53,314 bases of DNA, taken from Amphiscolops sp. MND2022 (taxonomy: Eukaryota). Each line of letters opens with the position of its first letter. The stretch's first letter is position 1. The DNA is taken from assembly GCA_964187785.1 (NCBI GenBank), contig OZ076418.1:54880687-54934000 (forward strand), read 5' to 3'. The notes beneath the pieces were generated by a model that was not told where the DNA came from, searched no databases, and was given only the letters and a program-made list of their open reading frames with translations. The position numbers and the translations under genes were made by a program. Below, piece after piece: positions 21,381 to 34,900 of this stretch.

Positions 21381-23602
21381 GGAGACTTCTCGGTTTTTCA
21401 TTGTTTTTTTGTTTTACGGGAGATTTTTTTTGAAAATTCTTTGTTTTCCACTTGTGAGACAGCTGCTTCGGGTCCAAGTTGCAGCAAGGACGTAGACAAG
21501 AACAACTTTTTCCGCGAAAACAGCTGGCAATCCTGCGAGCAGGACAGGTGTCCTCTCCTTCTCTTCCACGTCGCCAGAACACTAATAAAAAGAAAAAGGC
21601 GGAAAAGAAGAGAGGAAAAAGGGTCAGTTTAAGACGCTGAAGCGCCTAAACTGACAAAGCAGAAGTAATAGATCAAGGTCTTGTAAAGAAACGAAATATT
21701 CGGCCAAGAGACAAAATTTTCGGTAGTTTTGTTTGGTGCTCGTCGTTCGTCTTGAAAGATGTATTGGACAGTTTAAGATCGAAATAATGAAAAAAATCCT
21801 TCAAAAGTCCAATCATTTTGTTGTCAAAACTGTATATTTCTCTTGGTTGCTCGCGAGGGTGCCAATACGTAGATGGTGGTAATTTCTCTCTGTCTGATAT
21901 TTTGCGCCGGCACAAAACTGAAAGTTGCAATCTTTAGCGTTTGCTTTTCTCTCTAAGACGAACAATTTTCTCAAAATTTTCAAGTGTTAACACCGCTGCA
22001 TTTGGTTGCCAAGGGGGACTTATGACACTGATCATAAGGATGTCCATGTAGAAAACTATTGTTCTGGGATTTATTGCAAGTGCTTTTTGAACTAATTTTC
22101 GGCACACTTATCTTGATTTCTGTGACCAAACTTAGCTCCTGGACGAGCAATTATTGTGAAGCTTGCATCTCCGGGTACGTTCGTTAGATGTTCTTCCTTT
22201 TCGTGGCATTTTGAGGTTTCACAATTGCAGGCGACGAGAGCACCAAGGAATACACACCACAAAAGTATTTGACTCTCAAGTTTCAAAAATTGAATAAAAA
22301 TCCTCGGACAACGTTTATACCAACATTGTCAATGTCTTCGACTTTTCACTAGATGTTCGCATGCCCTACTACAAGAAGGATATGGACTACTTTGACTTCG
22401 TTTTTGATGTTCAAGACATTTTCAAACAAATCGAAAGTCGTCAGAGTAGCTTCCCAGCATTATCCTCAAGCTACCTACTTGTACCTTAAACTCTTTTTTC
22501 AACGTCAAAAGCGCTGGAAAATGCAACAAACAAGGTATTTCTTGGACGGAGCTATCTCATTTATTGAGTGTTGTCGAAGAGATTCAGAGCTACCTAAATG
22601 GAATACCTAAAGAAGGAAGTTCAATCACAGGGACTGGTTTATTTCGACCGCTTCGCTTCGCTCCTGCATTCAGGGCACTAGGGGTATGTGAACATATCTG
22701 ACTACGTTATAAAAATTTCGATCCCAGTTGTTTCGATCCCATTCAAAAATTTGGTATGTCGACCTGAGGACTAACTCTGATTTTCGATCCCGTTCCTTCG
22801 ACCTATTTCCCTTTGTTTAGTACTTCATTACATCTCTCACTTTTACAGAATTTGGTTGCTTGCTAGCATGGCTGATTTCAACTACATTATCACGTTTGTA
22901 TGGGTTGTTGAATTTTTAGAAGTTGAGGTAGTTAAAGAAATTAGTGTAACCACACCCTATCACTCTGTATATTTCTCATTCAAACCTCCCAGACCATGGA
23001 AAGATCTAACCCGAGAAGAACAACTGGAATATAACAACAACAAAAACAACACTAACACTATCAATATTCCGTATATTGGAGGCGCTATTGATTATAAGGA
23101 GATGAGGAACGCTGTATACACCCTCATTCCACCAGCAGTAATGAAGTATGCAAAAGTGTGACCTTTTCTTTTGTTTTTTCTATCTCAAAGTTCACAACTT
23201 GGAAGACATGGGCTGCCCCGGCGCCTCTGCAATCCAACAATTGATAAAAAAAGAGAACAACGACGACGAGCAAGACAAGGAGAATCGGCCATGGTGTCCC
23301 AATTTCCCTAAATATCCCAACCATTATGAGAAATGTGCTGCCATCAATAGTAAGCTTTGTTTGAAGTGGTTAGCCAATAAAATTAAAGAAAACCTTGCTG
23401 CTACGGAAATAGCGCGAAAGACTTCTCCGTTGCACAATCCAACATTCACACTCATGTAATTATCATCATAATTTGTTAAATTTGCAGCATGACTGATCAG
23501 CCGGATCTTGCAGTGCTATTTTGTTTGAATTGTTTTGCTACCGGTTTGTATTGTTTTGCTGGCCAGTGCACTAGGATCTATTCTACCCAATCCGACACTG
23601 AA

Positions 23603-23915
23603 ATGCACAAGGTCATTCTCACTGTCAACTATGTGTTTATTTCTCTTGTTGGTCTATCCGGCTCTGGAAAGACTACTCTTTGGTATAAATTTTTAACATT
23701 GCCAGTGTTTCAACCAAGGTACCAATCTGTAATTTTTATTTTTCATCAACTTTACCATGCAGCCTACGAAAAATTGAAGAGAGATGTTGCAGAAATTGAA
23801 TTCATACAAGGACTAGACTTTGATTTGATCAATTAATCCCGAGCATCTGACGGAAAAAAACGTTTGATAATTTTTGATGACTTTTCAGAGGATATTTTAA
23901 AATCTGAAGATTTCA
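23603..23915 (+). pseudogene. Polinton/Maverick-type (A32/FtsK-HerA family) packaging ATPase fragment
   Basis: VFISLVGLSGSGKTT (Walker A)...FQPRYQSVIFIF...IEFIQGLDF, one stop, then RLIIFDD (Walker B). Truncated by the duplicated segment starting at 23921. Confidence 0.65.
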
Positions 23916-23920
23916 TTTTT

Positions 23921-24817
23921 AAAAACCCAAATATGCTTGACCTTGTTTTCTGCAATAGTCAATGTTCAGCCCTGTTTTATTCTCTGATCTTTATCCAATA
24001 TAATTGATTTCACTTTATCTGTGCTTCCAAGGCATTAGTCGAATGTTTTTTCCAGCTATGCAACAAGTTTGCGGACGTTGACAGCAAATATCATGAAATC
24101 AAACATATGCACACGCTCTTCGTCAAAGGGCATGTTCTATAAACCAACGTGCAACAAGTTTCTCACAAAAGACATTTTCTATATTAGAGCTGCGCGTTCA
24201 GCAAATGCACTGATAAACTAAAAAATAGTATCGTGATATGCCTCTGAACGTTTTCAACTTTTGTGTTAATCGATTCCCAACTGAGATAACTGCAAATTAT
24301 TTCAACATTAATTACACTTGCATGTTCTACCTGAAATGCCTATGTACGTTTTGTAGATGATATCTGAATAGGTTTTGTCATAATACGCTTCGAAGCATTT
24401 AAATCTATTACTACTACTATCATCCTGCTAGGTAATGATGGCACCCAACCGTGGTCTACATGAACGGAAACACTAAAAGCAAAGAAAGCAAACTTCCGGG
24501 GTTGCACAAGGCGCCTTGATTGACGAGAATGGGCGCAGGAGTCGACAACCGTGACACTCTTTACCGGTTTGCTTTCAGTTAGGTGAATTCCACGGGGTTT
24601 AAACCTTGAAGGCAAGTCGGAAGATCACATGGGATCTAAGGGAGAGTTGAGAATAGCATGACGTGAGAATCGGTCTGCAGTTTTGTTGCAAGAACGTGTT
24701 AACAGTTACGTTCGACCTTTCTACTACAGTGTCACCTGTGCACTACTTAGATGGTTGATCCTAGCGGTAACCCTATCGCAAACAGCAGCTACTCGTCATC
24801 ATGTTTTTGCTCCAGAT
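23921..24817 (+). repeat. 897-bp dispersed duplication, copy 2
   Basis: Collinear with 11984-12880. Confidence 0.9.
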
Positions 24818-26648
24818 CAGGGACACCCAATAAATAATTGGCTTTCAATTAATTGCAATTATAATTGGCAATTTTTATTGATTGGGCTGTTCCCCAATGA
24901 TCAATTATTTGATTGGCGACTACCCAATAATTGAAATAATTGGTTTTCACAAAAAACTTAATGTTTTCCTTGCTTTTCAGGTTGAAATGAGTACGGTGGC
25001 TGACTTAAAGTCTACTTGCCTGAAATATTTCACGAAGTTGGACAACAGTGATATGTGGAAGTGTAAGTGTGGCAAGATATTGAAGAAACAAGGCACAGGA
25101 TGGTCAAAGCAAACTGTTCATATAAGAACACAGCATGAAAACAGTACTCCAAAATCGAACCAAGGGACTTTGGATTTCATGCATTGCAGGAAATCGGAGA
25201 ATATTTACGGTTGGATTGTGTGGGTCTGCATGGACTTGAAGCCTTTTGCGTTTGTCAAAAACGAACTGACAAGAAAGTATTCTTGTCTGGAGAAAATAAC
25301 CATTACAACTTTGGAAAAATACATGCACTTACTGACTTATAAAGTTGAAAGTCATTGCTCGAGAACTACCTGACAAATTCGCTCAAATGATCGATGGTTG
25401 GACCAGTGGAAGCACGCACTTTTTGGGTGTGGTGGCATGTTACCCATCACATGATCAAGATTTTGAAACAGCTCTATTGGCTTTCTCTCCTCTTTTGGAC
25501 GAGACCTCACGAGGTTCATCAGAACAGTTCGACTTTCTTATGCTGACGTTATTAAATTTCTGTAAGACCATTGCTGAAAACGTCATCGCCCTGATTGCTG
25601 ACAATTGCGAGACAAACAAAGCTCTTGCGGATTTGTGTGAGGTTCCGTTGATAGGATGTAGTTCGCACAGACTGGCACTAGCTGTGATGGAACTTCTAAA
25701 ACCACATGAAACACTGTTGAACAAAATCAACATGATAATGGGAAAGTTAAAGTCTCCTAAGCCGAATTGCGAAAATTAACTCCTCTTCGACCAATCCAGC
25801 AAGGAGCCACTAGATGGTTGAGTACAATGCAAATTTTGGAACGCTACTTATCAATCAAAGATCATTTTGGCCTTCTTGAACTCCTGCTTTCACCTGTCGA
25901 AGATAACGAAGCCAAGGAGCTAAGTATGACCATGGTGCCACTGAAGTCTGTAACGTGAGCTTTACAACGCGATGAAATGGATATGGCGTACGTGAGACTT
26001 TTTTTCGACGAACTTCTTCGGACCATTCCAAAATTGGATGCCAAGGACAGATACTTGAAGCCAAACAGTCAAATGTCCTGACTTCGACCAAGGGATAGTG
26101 AAGATCTTAAATGGGGAAGAGGCAGCAATGTCTGTCAATGAGCAGTTGGCTTGCCGGAAACTGCGAAAGTCTAATGCTTCTGATGTTGAAGAGGTTGACA
26201 GTCACGATATAGCTGATTTTGCGTCTGCAGTGCTGGCTAAACGACTGAAGCAAGCCCCTCTGTTGAAGTACGTATCATGCAAGTTCCTGTTACCAACATC
26301 GAATGTTTTGGAACGTTTCTTCAGCTCAGCCGGATACGCGTACCATGAACTGCGCCAAAATCTACTTCCAATGAAGCTCGAGCAGCAACTTTTCTTGAAG
26401 TTCAACAAGAAACATTGGGATTTGTCCACTGTTAATGATTTGGTTAATCTCAGTGAATGATTTGATTTCGAATTGTTGGCTTTTGTGAATTAATTTTCAC
26501 TTGGAAACTTTTTTTGCTAGATTTTTAGTTTTCCAATAATTGGCAGTTATTGGCAATTATTCATTGGCTAAGAGACCAAAGATCAATTAATTGGTTAATG
26601 AGATTTCAGAATCAATTATAGTTGCCAATTAATTATTGGGTGCCCCTG
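24818..26648 (+). mobile_element. hAT transposon with frameshifted transposase
   Basis: 25-bp TIRs CAGGGACACCCAATAAATAATTGGC / GCCAATTAATTATTGGGTGCCCCTG; perfect TSD CTCCAGAT (24810-24817, 26649-26656); acceptor ttttcag at 24980; BED finger WKCKCG...HIRTQH; core MIDGWT, ADNCETN, CSSHRL, TRWLS; dimerisation LPTSNVLERFFS. Confidence 0.95.
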
Positions 26649-27254
26649 CTCCAGATGAAGCTGGACATTTCAGGGTGACAGCAATTGTAGTTAAAAATGT
26701 AATGAATACAAAAAACTACAATGTGATGCCAGTTGGAACCATGAAATCTTAAGTGAAACAGGTCTCGAATAAGGAGAAAGTTCAGCCGACAACAGTAATT
26801 CTACTACTATTATTTCAAGGAAACAAATTTTCAGTGTGAAAAATTCTCTTCACAAAACAAAATCTCTGCGATAGCAAAGAAACAAGAACGTTGCGACGCG
26901 GTTAGACAAAGCGGTTGGTTTGAGCGATTAGACAAAAACGTCAAACCAATATATATTATTTCTGCATCAGAATTGGATCGTCGTCATCAATCAGCGTTTA
27001 AATAAACGCTTCTTTACTCATCATGTGCCCCAGCCAGGGCGACAAAAAATAACCAAGATAGGAAATAAAGAATTGAGAAACGGGATCATGCAACCAGAGA
27101 AGTGTAATTACTGCGATGCGTATGTATATGAAATAACGCACACAAAAGGACATTCAAGAACCTAATTAAATCACAAAGCACCAGAGGGGACCCTCCAAAG
27201 GTATTCCTAAACGGGGGAGGACCCTCCAAAACACAGGAGCATGAGCAAAAGACT

Positions 27255-27508
27255 ACGTCTGGTCTCGCCGATGCTCAGTTTTAACAATCACGGACTCTTG
27301 CATTCTTCATTGCAGCGGACCATCCTGCCCATTCAGGAGAAAAACCACAAAAAAGAATCATTAATTTGAATCGTTCCAGTGTTGAAATTGCAGAATAACA
27401 GAGCATTTGTCAAAGAAATTGAAGACATGAAACACGTCACAATACGTTCTGACATATTGAATCATATTTTGAAAGTTAAGAATGAGTCATATTTTGAAAT
27501 TTGCGAAC
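27255..27508 (+). repeat. ~250-bp interspersed repeat (other copies at about 41722-41953 and 44224-44456)
   Basis: Shared TCGCCGATGCTCAGTT...CAGCGGACCATCCTG...GAATTGAAGACAT...AATACGTTCTGACA. Confidence 0.75.
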
Positions 27509-27597
27509 ATACCGCCCGCCTTGATTTCCTAAGGGAAATAAGAAAAACATTTAAAGCAAAGAAAAATCAAAATGACAAGTTTGTTGATTGAAGTTTT

Positions 27598-28125
27598 TTA
27601 GTGAATATCCTTCTGCGGGACGTCAAAAAAATTTCGCAGATTGTGAACTGAACTGTTGTTCTTCCCGTTGGCCGTCTTGATTTTCATCACTCGAACAAAC
27701 TTGTCAGGGCCACTGTAGACATAGGATACTCTTGCAAGGGGCCACTGAAGAGGAGGTTTGTTATCGTCAGTCACGTGGACATCACCCACGTTCAGGTTGG
27801 AAGTCACTTGTTTCCATTTATTGCGTTCCTGGAGGGACGTCAGGTACACATTTGCCCACCTTTTCAGAAGTGAAGAGTTAGATTTTTCGAATGAGCCCAT
27901 TTTTTGACTGGCGTTGCGTCACTCGCGTCATCGATTGTTTCGGATCTGAGAACACCAACACTCTCCTTGAGCGGCAGTGATTCAAGCTTCCCACCAAAAC
28001 ACAAGTTGGCAGGATTCAAAATTCTGTCATCATTGGGATCTTCAATAGCGGGCAAGCCGGGTGTGAGTTCGGAATGAACTCAATCTGGCAAAATAGTGTG
28101 GGTAATTCTTCAGCTTAAACCCTAA
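27598..28125 (-). mobile_element. BEL/Pao integrase C-terminal part (3' piece of the split element)
   Basis: EELPTLFCQIE..NSHP...LNPANL...KRWANVYLTSLQERNKW...QWPLARV...GPDKFVRV (DUF5641-like region). Confidence 0.85.
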
Positions 28126-31100
28126 TTGTTGTGATACACTTATTGAATAGGTCGAAGATTGCCCCCGGCCTGTCTGTTTCAGCTATAATAGTAGAAACAG
28201 AGAATGCAAACAATGCTAAAGAAATAATTCAAAACTGGACAGCAAACTTTTTTGGACGCTCAGACTGCAGAGATACGAAAGCCAAGAGGCCACTCTACAT
28301 CATCCTCAAAGGCGAACCATTAGCAGATCACGTATCAGACACAGGTGTTGATGAAAAAGATTTACAGGAAGAAATTTCAAAACAAATCCCAGGAAATAGC
28401 GTAACCCTCGTTAAAAGACAAGACAAAACTCCACTGAAACTGCTGAAAATAACACTCGAAAATGAAGAACAAGTGGAAGGTGCGCTCAAGTCTGAGGTGT
28501 GTTTTGGTAATCTCAGGATTCAACCAGAGATTGAATACCGCCCACCCAAGGTTGTACAATGTTTCAAATGCCTCAAATTTGGGCATATTTCAGCTTTCTG
28601 CAAATCGAGGCACGAACACTGTAGCATTTGTCCGCATGAAGGTCATAATCACAAGAACTGTACCAAGGAAAACGAAAAGTGTAAAAATTGTAACGGACCT
28701 CACGCTGCCGTTTCCAGGTACTGCCCAATCAAGCAAGAGGAATAAGAAGAAGTGTGTTCTCGAAAACAATATCTGATTCCAAGTTGGTTGGCTAAATTCA
28801 AACATAACCGATCAGAATGGCGGACCACCGAAGGCTCTCAACACAGCACAAAACCTTAAAATTGATGACGGTCAACATAAATGGACTTTCAAAGCTTTCC
28901 TATGAAATCGTCCACCAATATATGTAAACGAACAGCGTGCAGATCTCCTGCGTCACGGAGACGAAGAAACAAAATACAGAAGTACCCGACTTTCCTGGAT
29001 ATTTAACCATACTAAACAATTCCTCTTAAACTCTGGCCAATCAGGGGGAGTTCTTTCAGCTCTCGATGTCAACATCTAACCGAGCGTTTTTATTCTTGAA
29101 ATCGAAATCCAGCATTCTTCTTGGGCAATTTGTAACGTCTCGAGGAAAAGCATTCTAGTAGGGTGAGTTTTCCGCCGTCCAAATATCATAGAAGTAATGG
29201 AAATAGTTTTCTTTGTAATTAGATTAGCTATAAAAAAGAAAAAGAAATGGGCGTGTCTAATTTTCTTCTCCTTGGTGACTTCAATGCAAGCACCCAAGCT
29301 GGGGGGAGGGCGACAAAAACAATGCTCAAGGGGAAATTTTTAACGATTTCCTACAACAAGAAGAACTCATAGCTCTAAATGATTTGGGGCCCACATTCAC
29401 ATGCACAAATGGAAAAACAGAGGCCATTACCCAGTTATTGCCACATTCGACATCGCAGGAAACAGCCGATCCACTCATGTAAAAGACCTCAGGAAAACCG
29501 ATTGGGAAAAATGGAGGAAAACCCTAGAAGGTTGCGTTCAATCGCGATAGCCTGAAATTGACGAATGCTATGATGCTACATGTTTGTGGGGCATCTTGCT
29601 GCAATGTTGCTCCAATTTCACTATATTTCTCAAGCAAATAACTCACTTCACACTCGAAGCCATACTTTAATGAAGAGTCGAAAGTGGTTTCACTTCAACT
29701 CCGAAACGCGAGGAAAATAATGAAACTCAGATCAGACCCCATAAACACCTTCTAGTATGAAACCCTCAAATAACATATTCAGACTACCTAGATGAAGTCT
29801 AAAGCTGAGCATTATAAAACTTGTGCAGAAACCCTAAACGCCAGCAAGGGCTCAGGTTTCTGGAAAGCCGAAAACTTGTTTACTGGTACCAGAGAAACAA
29901 TACCAATGGGATGTCTTATTTCAAATGGGAAAGTTCTAGACAGTAACGTTGATAAATTTGAACATCTTCGCTCTACGATTTTCTCCGACAGTCACCTCCA
30001 CGGAAATATGTTTGACGTATCCTCGCTGAGAATGGTCGAAGACAAACTCACGGCAAGTCTCCATCCGGATTATGTTGAACCACCGAGCAAACAGATAAGC
30101 GAAGAAGAGCTTGACAACGCTCTGAAGGAATCTCAAACAATCAAGAAGTCCTCCGACCCAGATGGCGTACATTCACTCATGCTTCGTCACACAGGAACTT
30201 CCTTCAAAATTGCGTGTCTCTAGCTTTTTAACCTCTGTTTACAGGCAGGCACCTAAATTTGGAATTTAGTTCAAATCATTTTCCTCCGAAAACCGCACAA
30301 AGAAGACAATAATATCGCAAACAGTTACAGACTAATTACACTCACTTCCTACGTATGAAAGCTGTTTAAACGCATAATAGAGAGACGATTGAGAAATCAC
30401 TTGGAGGCGAAAGGGCTGATCGATGACAGCCAAGAAGGATTCGGAAAGCGGCGAGGAACTGGTAGATGCATTTACAAACTCATAGACAATATTCAAATTT
30501 TTATTGAGCAAGGAAAAGTAGCGGCTCGGCTGCCTTTTTCATCGACCCCGAGAAAGCAGTCGATTCGATTTCAATTGACGGTCTCATTTATAAACTCCGT
30601 GAAGCAGGAATTAACAGCTACATTCTGTACATCACATCATTGACCATTATCTCCGAAACAGACACGTTTACATCAAAATAGGCGAGAACCGATCGGAAAC
30701 TTTCAAGCCAGAAGTTAGCCTCCCTCAAGGAAGCATTCTCTCTCCAATTCAGTTGTATCTTCTACATTGCAGAAATGTTTCAAGAATGCAAAGGTAAAAC
30801 TGAAAAGTACGCTGATGACGCCACACATGTTTCAGCAGGCGACTCGATGGAAGAAACACTTTCGCATCTCCAAAAAGATTGCGAGGAAATTACAAAATGG
30901 ATTGGAATGTGGGGTCTTAAAATCTCGGGGCAGAAAACAAATTGGCATCTTTTCAAGTATGCGTGAAGAAGTCCATCCGAGAATCTACAAAACATAATGT
31001 GTCGCAAGGAAACACGATAAACTTCGCGACAGAGTCAACAGCGCTCGGTATCACAATCGATAACAAATTTAATTTTCGACCACAATTCGAGAAATGTTCA

Positions 31101-31526
31101 AGAAAAGCAGAAAAAGCCGTCATCATGCCTTCCACCTTTTTGAAGCTAATGAATTGCGTGGTGATCCCAGTGTGGACATTCTTGAGTCATATTTGGGCCA
31201 ATCCCATTGCATTCAGAACAAGCAGCGGTACAAGATATTATCAAAATCTTCAATTACCAAATACAAACACGAGCTCACCAAAATGGATCACATATGTAGC
31301 CAATTTCCAATTGATCTTGAGATTCAGTTATTACAAGCTAAATTTGCTTATGAAAACGGTTTTGACTCTGATTGGTGTTCAAGAGCCTTATCAGACTCCG
31401 ATAGCAAGGTATCGAGGTCACTTCAATTCAGCCTCCGAGGTTTTGCAAGATTTTCAAACTAAAACTCACCTGAAGCAACGAAATCATGATCATTTGTAAA
31501 TTCCATATATTTGTAAAATCATGGCA
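28126..31526 (+). mobile_element. Decayed I/Jockey-group LINE inserted in the BEL integrase; 3' end in the gap
   Basis: ORF1 with three knuckles (CFKCLKFGHISAFC, CSICPHEGHNHKNC, CKNCNGPHAAVSRYC), endonuclease LLGDFNA, RT motifs SQEGF, LPQGSILSP and KYADD. Confidence 0.85.
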
Positions 31527-31726
31527 NNNNNNNNNNNNNNNNNNNNNNNNNNNNNNNNNNNNNNNNNNNNNNNNNNNNNNNNNNNNNNNNNNNNNNNNNN
31601 NNNNNNNNNNNNNNNNNNNNNNNNNNNNNNNNNNNNNNNNNNNNNNNNNNNNNNNNNNNNNNNNNNNNNNNNNNNNNNNNNNNNNNNNNNNNNNNNNNNN
31701 NNNNNNNNNNNNNNNNNNNNNNNNNN
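31527..31726. other. Assembly gap
   Basis: Run of N. Confidence 1.
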
Positions 31727-31987
31727 CTTCGCTCGCTTGATTGCGGATTCTACCACAGACCTCCAAAATGCGGAGCTCTTGGATGTATGAAGGTCCAATT
31801 GATTAGGTGGCCAGCTGCAACGGTTTGTAAGGAATCTTCATGTTCAGCCTTCAAGATTTTTTTGCAAGTGTGAGATCACTGATTGGGTTCTAATGAAGTT
31901 GTTTTCATTGTTGCTGTAAATTGTCTTCGTGCACCCTCATCTGGCAACAAATCTTCTCAAGGCTGCGGAGCATGTTGGTGTTGTCAT
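31727..31987 (-). mobile_element. BEL/Pao integrase catalytic middle piece
   Basis: DMTTPTCSAALRRFVAR-GC.KTIYSNN..NF...WTFIHPRAPHFGGLW-ESAIKRAK, which directly continues HIEAVSD at about 36716. Confidence 0.85.
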
Positions 31988-31992
31988 GTCGG

Positions 31993-34900
31993 TGTGGTAA
32001 TCTCTCAAAGCAAATATAAAATGAAACTTCAATTCCACGTATAAATCATCATCAGCTCAATCTGGAAAGACACAATTTACAACCATCAGAAATGATGTTA
32101 GTTGAATCAGTCAATAATACACGTAGTCATCACACTCTCCCTGCCTTTGTTTTCAGAGTCGGCCACTTCTTCGTAGCGGCGGAGATGACACTTCTTCTAG
32201 ATGCTGTTTGGTTAAGGAAACGTTCAAACCAACATCCGAAGGACATTCTACGGTCTTGACCGTTCTCGTGGCTCTTTTACTTCAGGAATTCGCTTGCTCA
32301 GGCGGAAGTTCCTGCGACGTATCTAGTGCGACTGTGTCCGGTTCTGTCGGTATTTCCGTCGGATTCTGCTGCGAAGTTCTGGTCTCTTCGATATGAATTT
32401 TTTGGCGACCGTGTCCATTCGGTTTTTCACTGGGTACGAAACCACTGCGTGTTGTGGCGATAAGTGACGCAAGATTCGTGCAGGCTGTACTAATGAATCG
32501 TCTTTAGACTTCTTTGTAAAACTTTTTATGAATACTGCCGAACACTGAGACGTTCATTCGGGTGTAGAATTGGAACAGGTTGGCGTTACGTCACATTTGT
32601 CAAAATCTATATAGTTCAGGTCCAGCGATGAGCGCCTTGTGAATCCGAACAGGCGGTTGTGAGGACGTTCGAAACCATTTGCTCTCGACGACAAACATCG
32701 ATATTGCACAACGCTTGCGGAATCTCTTCGTCCCAGAGCTCAGCTGGTTTGTGAAGCTGCTTCAGTCGAATTTTCACTGTCTTCCAGATTATTCCGTTCA
32801 GCCTCTCGCATTGATCGTTACCAGCTGGATTGTACGGGTTGGTTCGCGTTTTGCACACGTTCCAGCGATCCAGGAAGGATTTGAACTCCGAACTTTCGAA
32901 CACACTTCCTCGATCGCAATGAATTGCCAGTGGAGGACGGAAGATCGAGAATAGTTGTGATAAAGGATATGTGACACTTGTTGTGTTGGCTTCTTTGACG
33001 GCAAATGCGAACGGAAATCTGCTAAATTCGTCTACAACTGTTAAAAAGTTCTTGTTTCCTGTCGGTGTGTGTTTCTTTGGACCTACGAAGTGAAGCGACA
33101 GTCCCTCTCAAGGTTGTTTGGATCTGATAGGTGAAGTGTAAGGTGGCTTGAAGAACGTGGGTTTCAGCTCTAGACAGACAGAGCATTTCGAGATGTAGTC
33201 TTGGACCTTTTGCTTCAGATTAGGTACATCGAAATTTTGTTGGATGAACTCAACGGTTCTAGCTGTTCTGGGATGGTCCATTTTGTCGTGGACTCGCCTG
33301 AGTTTTAAGTTTATGTCACCTGCGATGTACTTTTTGTTATTTTCATCGCCTATGGGGTCGGAGCCGGATCCAATGGTGAGCAAAAAGCACTGACTCGGCT
33401 CATCGCATCAGCCACTACGTCTAGTTTACCTTTGCGGTACTGTACGTCGAAATCGTATTCTGATAGTACTAATCTCCACCGACATAACTTGCTGTTTTTA
33501 ATAGAGGACCGTGGCTTTGAGACAAACAAGTACAAAACACCTTCTTGATCTGTCAGTATGGTGAAATGACTTCCTAGTAAGTACCGCCGACATTTCTGTA
33601 CAGACCACACAATATCAAATGCTTCTTTTTCAATCGCTGACCAATTCAACTCTTTATTCGAAAGTTTATAAGATACGAAGGCTACTTGCGGACCATTGAG
33701 GGTTAAAACCGCGCCAATTGCGTTGCCGCGGGCATCTGTTTTGAGCACAAAAGGATTCGTTTGGTCTGGGATCCATAGTGCCGATTTCGATACCGCCCGT
33801 TTAATAGTTTCTTCGCTGTTTAAGATCTCAGTGTCCAGCGGAAGCTTTTTGTCTCGTTTCGCCTTCAGCAGGGGAGAAGCTAAATTCGCAAAATCACCCA
33901 CCCACTTGGAGTAGTAGACACTCATACCGATGAATCGGTCGAGTTCTTTTAGTGCTGTAGGAACAGTAAGCGTTTCATCCGCGATTCGTCGGGATGAATT
34001 TTTCCATCTGAAAACCGATGGCCAAGGAATTCTAACTCCCGAACTTTGAATTTTGATTTTTCCTCATTGATCGTTAGATGATACTTTTGGGCACGCAATC
34101 GGAATTCTGCTGAATTTTCGTCGTGTTCCGCCTTAGATGCACTACCAATTACTACGTCGTCGATATCCACGGCAATACCTTCCAGTCCACCGACAATAGT
34201 TTTAATTGCTTTCTGAAAGACTGGAACACCGTTCGGTACCCCAAACGGTAGCCCGGTAAGTTGCCACATTTCGCCATTTGCTTCAAACGCGGTTAGATGT
34301 TTCTCTTCGTCCAATAAGTGGAGCTGATGGTAGGCTGACTTCAGGTCTATGTAGGAGAATCACTTCCAGGAGCTCACTTTCAGCAACAATTGTTCAATGA
34401 CTTGATAGGGTAAGCGTCTGGAACAGTGTACCGACTCACTGTTGTAGAATAATCATTGCACATTGGTTTTTTGTGGTCAGCTGTTTTCGACCCTACTACT
34501 GGAGCCCGCCAAGGGGATTGCGACTTCTCTATCACACCAGCTTTAGCTAGTTTTTTGATCTCTTGTCGAATAAATTCTTGATCTTCCTCACTTCGGAATC
34601 CAGAAAGGCAACGAATCGGACTGACGTTCTCCTGCAATGATACATTGGCGCAAGGCTCCAGATTAATGTAATTCTGTTCTCCGGACTCATCTACTGGTAA
34701 ATTGGCATTGCTAGTAATAAACAATGGAGGTGCTAAGCTTTGGTACTTGATAGTTATCGATTCAAATTGTGAAAGGGCGGATGAGCCAAGGATTGCCGGA
34801 TCTCAAAGCTTCGTTGCTACGGAAAAAGTGTCCTCCCACTTGTGTCCTTCAATTGAAAGATGTGCTGTCGCAGAGCCAATGATCTTGACCGGTTTGTCTC

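Noticed and set aside
21560-21580. PBS-like TGGCGACG on the minus strand
   Set aside because: No preceding LTR end (CA) and no gag downstream.
22092-22286. Small secreted peptide with a signal-like N-terminus
   Set aside because: Starts at TTG with no in-frame ATG or splice support; an alternative frame (MPRKGR...) is equally plausible.
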